A DNA stretch of 64,000 nt, taken from contig NW_027361863.1 in assembly GCF_039654945.1 (NCBI RefSeq), forward strand, positions 17,422,001 through 17,486,000, read 5' to 3'. The notes under the pieces were generated by a model. That model ran no database searches and was not told the DNA's origin. It was given only the letters and a program-made list of their open reading frames with translations. Shown here piece by piece: positions 57,620 to 64,000 of the stretch (position 1 is its first letter; each line of letters begins with the position of its first letter). This DNA is from Dendrobates tinctorius (taxonomy: Eukaryota). A program made the translations under genes and the position numbers.

Positions 57620-60600
57620 GACAGTATGTGGACAGCTGTATATAGCCGGTACACGTGTATACAATATGTGGACATCTGTATATAGCCGGTACACTTGTAT
57701 ACAGTATGTGGATGGCTGTATATATCCAGTACACATGTATCCAATATTTGGACGGCTGTATATAGCTGGTACATGTGTATACAGTGTGTGGACGGCTGTA
57801 TATAGCTGGTATACGTGTATACAGTGTGTGGATGGCTGTGTACAGCTGGTACACGTGTATACAGTGTGTGGTCGGTTGTATATAGCTGGTGCACAGTTTG
57901 TGGACGGTTGTATATAGCTGGTACACAGTGGGTGGACGGTTGTATATAGCTGGTACACAGTGTGTGGACGGTTGTATATAGCTGGTACACAGTGTGTGGA
58001 CGGTTGTATATAGCTGGTACATTGTGTGGACGGTTGTATATAGCTGGTATAGTGTGTGGACGGTTGTATATAGCTGGTACAATGTGTGGACGGTTGTATA
58101 TAGCTGGTACACAGTGGGTGGACGGTTGTATATAGCTGGTACACAGTGGGTGGACGGTTGTATATAGCTGGTACACAGTGTGTGGACGGTTGTATATTGC
58201 TGGTATACAGTGTGTGGACGGTTGTATATTGCTGGTACACAGTGGGTGGACGGTTGTATATAGCTGGTACACAGTGTGGATGGTTGTATATAGCTGGTAC
58301 ACAGTGGGTGGACGGTTGTATATAGCTGGTACACAGTGTGGACAGTTGTATATAGCTGGTACACAGTGGGTGGACGGTTGTATATTGCTGGTACACAGTG
58401 GGTGGACGGTTGTATATAGCTGGTACACAGTGGGTGGACGGTTGTATATAGCTGGTACACAGTGGGTGGACTGTTGTATATAGCTGGTACACAGTGTGTG
58501 GACGGTTGTATATTGCTGGTATACAGTGTGTGGACGGGTGTATATTGCTGGTACACAGTGGGTGGACGGTTGTATATAGCTGGTACACAGTGGGTGGACG
58601 GTTGTATATAGCTGGTACACAGTGGGTGGACGGTTGTATATAGCTGGTACACAGTGTGTGGACGGTTGTATATTGCTGGTATACAGTGTGTGGACGGGTG
58701 TATATTGCTGGTACACAGTGGGTGGACGGTTGTATATAGCTGGTACACAGTGGGTGGACGGTTGTATATAGCTGGTACACAGTGGGTGGACGGTTGTATA
58801 TAGCTGGTACACAGTGTGTGGACGGTGGTATATTGCTGGTACACAGTGTGTGGACGGTTGTATATTGCTGGTACACTGTGTGGACGGTTGTATATAGCTG
58901 GTACACAGTGGGTGGACGGTTGTATATAGCTGGTACACAGTGTGGACAGTTGTATATAGCTGGTACACAGTGGGTGGACGGTTGTATATAGCTGGTACAC
59001 AGTGTGTGGACGGTTGTATATTGCTGGTATACAGTGTGTGGACGGGTGTATATTGCTGGTACACAGTGGGTGGACGGTTGTATATAGCTGGTACACAGTG
59101 GGTGGACGGTTGTATATAGCTGGTACACAGTGGGTGGACGGTTGTATATAGCTGGTACACAGTGTGTGGACGGTTGTATATTGCTGGTACACAGTGTGTG
59201 GACGGTTGTATATGGCTGGTACACTGTGTGGACGGTTGTATATAGCTGGTACACAGTGGGTCGACGGTTGTATATAGCTGGTACACAGTGTGGACAGTTG
59301 TATATAGCTGGTACACAGTGGGTGGACGGTTGTATATAGCTGGTACACAGTGGGTGGACGGTTGTATATAGCTGGTACACAGTGGGTGGACGGTTGTATA
59401 TAGCTGGTACACAGTGCGTGGACGGTTGTATATTGCTGGTATACAGTGTGTGGACGGGTGTATATTGCTGGTACACAGTGGGTGGACGGTTGTATATAGC
59501 TGGCACACAGTGGGTGGACGGTTGTATATAGCTGGTACACAGTGGGTGGACGGTTGTATATAGCTGGTACACAGTGTGTGGACGGTTGTATATTGCTGGT
59601 ACACATTGTGTGGACGGTTGTATATTGCTGGTACACTGTGTGGACGGTTGCATATAGCTGGTACACAGTGGGTGGACGGTTGTATATAGCTGGTACACAG
59701 TGTGGACAGTTGTATATAGCTGGTACACAGTGGGTGGACGGTTGTATATAGCTGGTACACAGTGGGTGGACGGTTGTATATAGCTGGTACACAGTGCGTG
59801 GACGGTTGTATATTGCTGGTACACAGTGGGTGGACGGTTGTATATAGCTAGTACACAGTGTGTGGACGGTTGTATATAGCTGGTACACAGTGGGTGGACG
59901 GTTGTATATTGCTGGTACACAGTGTGTGGACGGTTGTATATAGCTGGTACACAGTGTGGACAGTTGTATATAGCTGGTACACAGTGGGTGGACGGTTGTA
60001 TATAGCTGGTACACAGTGGGTGGACGGTTGTATATAGCTGGTACACAGTGCGTGGACGGTTGTATATTGCTGGTACACAGTGGGTGGACGGTTGTATATA
60101 GCTAGTACACAGTGTGTGGACGGTTGTATATAGCTGGTACACAGTGGGTGGACGGTTGTATATAGCTAGTACACAGTGTGTGGACGGTTGTATATAGCTA
60201 GTACACAGTGGGTGGACGGTTGTATATTGCTGGTACACAGTGGGTGGACGGTTGTATATTGCTGGTACACAGTGGGTGGACGGTTGTATATAGCTGGTAC
60301 ACAGTGGGTGGACGGTTGTATATAGCTGGTACACAGTGGGTGGAAGGTTGTATATAGCTGGTACACAGTGGGTGGACGGTTGTACTGTATATAGCTGGTA
60401 CACAGTGTGGACGGTTGTATATAGCTGGTGCACAGTGTGTGGACGGTTGTATATAGCTGGTACACAGTGGGTGGACGGTTGTATATTGCTGGTACACAGT
60501 GGGTGGACGGTTGTATATAGCTGGTACACAGTGGGTGGACGGTTGTATATAGCTGGTACACAGTGTGTGGACGGTTGTATATTGCTGGTACACTGTGTGG

Positions 60601-62730
60601 ATGGTTGTATATAGCTGGTACACAGTGGGTGGACGGTTGTATATAGCTGGTACACAGTGTGTGGACGGTTGTATATAGCTGGTACACAGTGGGTGGACGG
60701 TTGTATATAGCTGGTACAGTGTGGACGGTTGTATATTGCTGGTACACTGTGTGGATGGTTGTATATTGCTGGTACACAGTGGGTGGACGGTTGTATATAG
60801 CTGGTACACAGTGTGTGGACGGTTGTATATTGCTGGTACACAGTGGGTGGACGGTTGTATATAGCTGGTACACAGTGTGTGGACGGTTGTATATTGCTGG
60901 TACACTGTGTGGTTGGTTGTATATTGCTGGTACACAGTGGGTGGACGGTTGTATATAGCTGGTACACAGTGGGTGGACGGTTGTATATAGCTGGTACACA
61001 GTGTGTGGACGGTTGTATATTGCTGGTACACAGTGGGTGGACGGTTGTATATTGCTGGTACACAGTGGGTGGACGGTTGTATATTGCTGGTACACAGTGT
61101 GTGGATGGTTGTATATTGCTGGTACACTGTGTGGACGGTTGTATATTGCTGGTACACAGTGGGTGGACGGTTGTATATAGCTGGTACACAGTGTGTGGAC
61201 GGTTGTATATAGCTGCTACACAGTGTGTGGACGGTTGTATATTGCTGGTACACAGTGGGTGGACGGTTGTATATAGCTGGTACACAGTGGGTGGACGGTT
61301 GTATATAGCTGGTATACAGTGGGTGGACGGTTGTATATAGCTGGTACACAGTGTGTGGACGGTTGTATATAGCTGGTACACAGTGGGTGGACGGTTGTAT
61401 ATAGCTGGTACACAGTGGGTGGACGGTTGTATATAGCTGGTACACAGTGGGTGGACGGTTGTATATTGCTGGTACACAGTGGGTGGACGGTTGTATATAG
61501 CTGGTACACAGTGTGTGGACGGTTGTATATTGCTGGTACACAGTGGGTGGACGGTTGTATATTGCTGGTACACAGTGGGTGGACGGTTGTATATAGCTGG
61601 TACACAGTGTGTGGACGGTTGTATATTGCTGGTACACAGTGGGTGGACGGTTGTATATAGCTGGTACACAGTGGGTGGACGGTTGTATATAGCTGGTACA
61701 CACTGTGTGGACGGTTGTATATTGCTGGTACACAGTGGGTGGACGGTTGTATATAGCTGGTACACAGTGGGTGGACGGTTGTATATAGCTGGTACACAGT
61801 GGGTGGACGGTTGTATATAGCTGGTACACAGTGTGTGGACGGTTGTATATAGCTGGTACACAGTGTGGACGGTTGTATATAGCTGGTACACAGTGGGTGG
61901 ACGGTTGTATATAGCTGGTACACAGTGTGTGGACGGTTGTATATAGCTGGTACACAGTGGGTGGACGGTTGTATATAGCTGGTACACAGTGTGTGGACGG
62001 TTGTATATTGCTGGTACACAGTGGGTGGACGGTTGTATATAGCTGGTACACAGTGTGGACGGTTGTATATAGCTGGTACACAGTGGGTGGACGGTTGTAT
62101 ATAGCTGGTACACAGTGGGTGGACGGTTGTATATAGCTGGCACACAGTGTGGATGGTTGTATATAGCTGGTACACAGTGGGTGGACGGTTGTATATAGCT
62201 GGTACACAGTGGGTGGACGGTTGTATATAGCTGGTACACAGTGGGTGGACGGTTGTATATAGCTGGTACACAGTGTGTGGACGGTTGTATATTGCTGGTA
62301 CACAGTGGGTGGACGGTTGTATATAGCTGGTACACAGTGGGTGGACGGTTGTATATAGCTGGTACACAGTGGGTGGACGGTTGTATATAGCTGGTACACA
62401 CTGTGTGGATGGTTGTATATTGCTGGTACACAGTGGGTGGACGGTTGTATATAGCTGGTACACAGTGGGTGGACGGTTGTATATTGCTGGTACACAGTGG
62501 GTGGACGGTTGTATATAGCTGGTACACAGTGGGTGGACGGTTGTATATAGCTGGTACACAGTGGGTGGACGGTTGTATATAGCTGGTACACAGTGGGTGG
62601 ACGGTTGTATATAGCTGGTAGACAGTGGGTGGACGGTTGTATATAGCTGGTACACAGTGGGTGGACGGTTGTATATAGCTGGTAGACAGTGGGTGGACGG
62701 TTGTATATTGCTGGTACAGTGTGTGTGAAC
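57620..62730. repeat. 5.1-kb 32-bp satellite/minisatellite array
   Basis: CACAGTGGGTGGACGGTTGTATATAGCTGGTA x ~160, with 30-bp variants and 40-bp units at the left end. Confidence 0.98.
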
Positions 62731-62829
62731 GGTTACCCAGAGACGCACAGGACACTCTCCTGTCATTTCTGGGCCTCCTGTATCTATTTTACATCAGACG
62801 TCGTTGTGAGTAAAATACTAAAATGAGTA

Positions 62830-63029
62830 AAGGCAACAAAATGGCCGCCGCCGCCACCGGCGCTAAACCTGACAGGGCAGCAGCAGTATGGGAGGAGCGA
62901 GGGAGTCACGCGTCGTCATGGACACCAGCTCATACACTTCCGGCAGTCGCTATGACAACTGAGTGACGCTATTTCAGGTTTCCGGTGCTCAGAGTTGCTG
63001 CAGCCGCCAGAGTCGGGTGTCGGGCGCAG
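62830..63029 (+). promoter_or_regulatory. CpG-rich promoter and non-coding first exon of probable LRRC23
   Basis: YY1-like AAAATGGCCGCC (~62838), two RFX X-box-like motifs GTCGTCATGGACAC (62912-62925) and GTCGCTATGACAAC (62946-62959), ETS ACTTCCGG, strong donor CAG|GTGAGT at 63029/63030. Confidence 0.7.
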
Positions 63030-63166
63030 GTGAGTGCTGTCTCCTGTCACAGGCGCCATTTTGTAGCTGAATAGCACATGATTATTGCTGGCGTCAAGTC
63101 TCATCTTGTGTGTGATGGATTGTGCAGTGCGAGCTCACACTGCTGCCATGTTTGGTCAGGGAAAGC

Positions 63167-63690
63167 CGTCACTACGCCCCGTGTTTGGTCGGGGGAGGGT
63201 CACTACGCCCCGTGTTTGGTCGGGGAGGGTCACTACGCCCCATGTTTGGTCGGGGGAGGGTCACTACGCCCCGTGTTTGGTCGGGGGAGGGTCACTACGC
63301 CCCGTGTTTGGTCGGGGGAGGGTCACTACGCCCCGTGTTTGGTCGGGGGAGGGTCACTACTCCCTGTGTTTGGTCGGGGGAGGGTCACTACGCCCCGTGT
63401 TTGGTCGGGGGAGGGTCACTACGCCCCGTGTTTGGTCGGGGGAGGGTCACTACGCCCCGTGTTTGGTCGGGGGAGGGTCACTACGCCCCGTGTTTGGTCG
63501 GGGGAGGGTCACTGCGCCCCGTGTTTGGTCGGGGGAGGGTCACTGCGCCCTGTGTTTGGTCGGGGGAGGGTCACTGCGCCCCGTGTTTGGTCGGGGGAGG
63601 GTCACTGCGCCCCGTGTTTGGTCGGGGGAGGGTCATTATGTCCCGTGTTTGGTCGGGGGAGGGTCACTACGCCCCGTGTTTGGTTGGGGG
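63167..63690. repeat. 31-bp G-rich minisatellite in the first intron
   Basis: GTCACTACGCCCCGTGTTTGGTCGGGGGAGG x ~16. Confidence 0.96.
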
Positions 63691-63933
63691 TGGGCCTGCA
63701 TCTGGAGGGCTCCAGTGAGGAGCTCTGCTGCTGTCGGCCAGCGGGGGCAGCCTTTGATGGTGGTCCCTGCATGTGCGCCTGTTTACTGCCCCTCAGCATC
63801 ACATCTAGAGATGACACATTGTCAAGAAGCAGCTAAGTGCATACATTTATAAAAGTTTGAAAATTCGGCCCCCAGGGGCCACAAATATTAGGATGTTACG
63901 AGACCCTAAATGTTTTATATTTTTTTGTAGGAG

Positions 63934-64000
63934 ATGTCTGACACAGAGGATGACATTTTAGATGAAGAGCAGGAAGGAGAAGAAGCATTAGAAGAGCCAA
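63934..64000 (+). CDS. LRRC23: First coding exon (partial) of probable leucine-rich repeat-containing protein 23
   Basis: Acceptor TTTTTTGTAG at 63930, then MSDTEDDILDEEQEGEEALEEP. The acidic MSD(E/T)-type N-terminus resembles LRRC23; supported by USP5-TPI1 synteny and X-boxes. Only 22 codons visible. Confidence 0.65.
   Translation, partial: MSDTEDDILDEEQEGEEALEEP

Noticed and set aside
57534-62766. Very long ORFs (1718, 826, 797, 724, 516 aa)
   Set aside because: Translations of a 32-bp repeat that lacks stops; all three frames give the same cyclic peptide
63078-63852. ORFs of 198-255 aa
   Set aside because: 31-bp repeat inside the first intron (donor 63030, acceptor 63930)

Overview
Eukaryotic vertebrate genomic DNA. 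It is most likely a frog (anuran), inferred from the gene sequences and the repeat landscape. The + strand carries a complete 20-exon USP5 gene (409-23059, 854 aa long isoform) and a complete 7-exon TPI1 gene (29854-40217, 248 aa). These are followed by two intronless, mutually divergent bitter-taste-receptor-like (TAS2R) genes, then the promoter and start of a probable LRRC23 at the right edge. This matches the conserved USP5-TPI1-(SPSB2)-LRRC23 block, except that no SPSB2 is recognisable and the TAS2R pair occupies that interval. Introns and intergenic DNA are dense in mobile elements: an internally deleted SCAN-domain Gypsy LTR element, an intact DD41D Tc1/mariner transposon nested in an L1, a hAT(m)-like foldback element, L2 and CR1 LINE pieces, V-type SINEs and many MITEs. 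There are also about a dozen minisatellite arrays, which explain nearly all of the very long ORFs in the six-frame track. All family assignments come from recalled motifs, not database searches.
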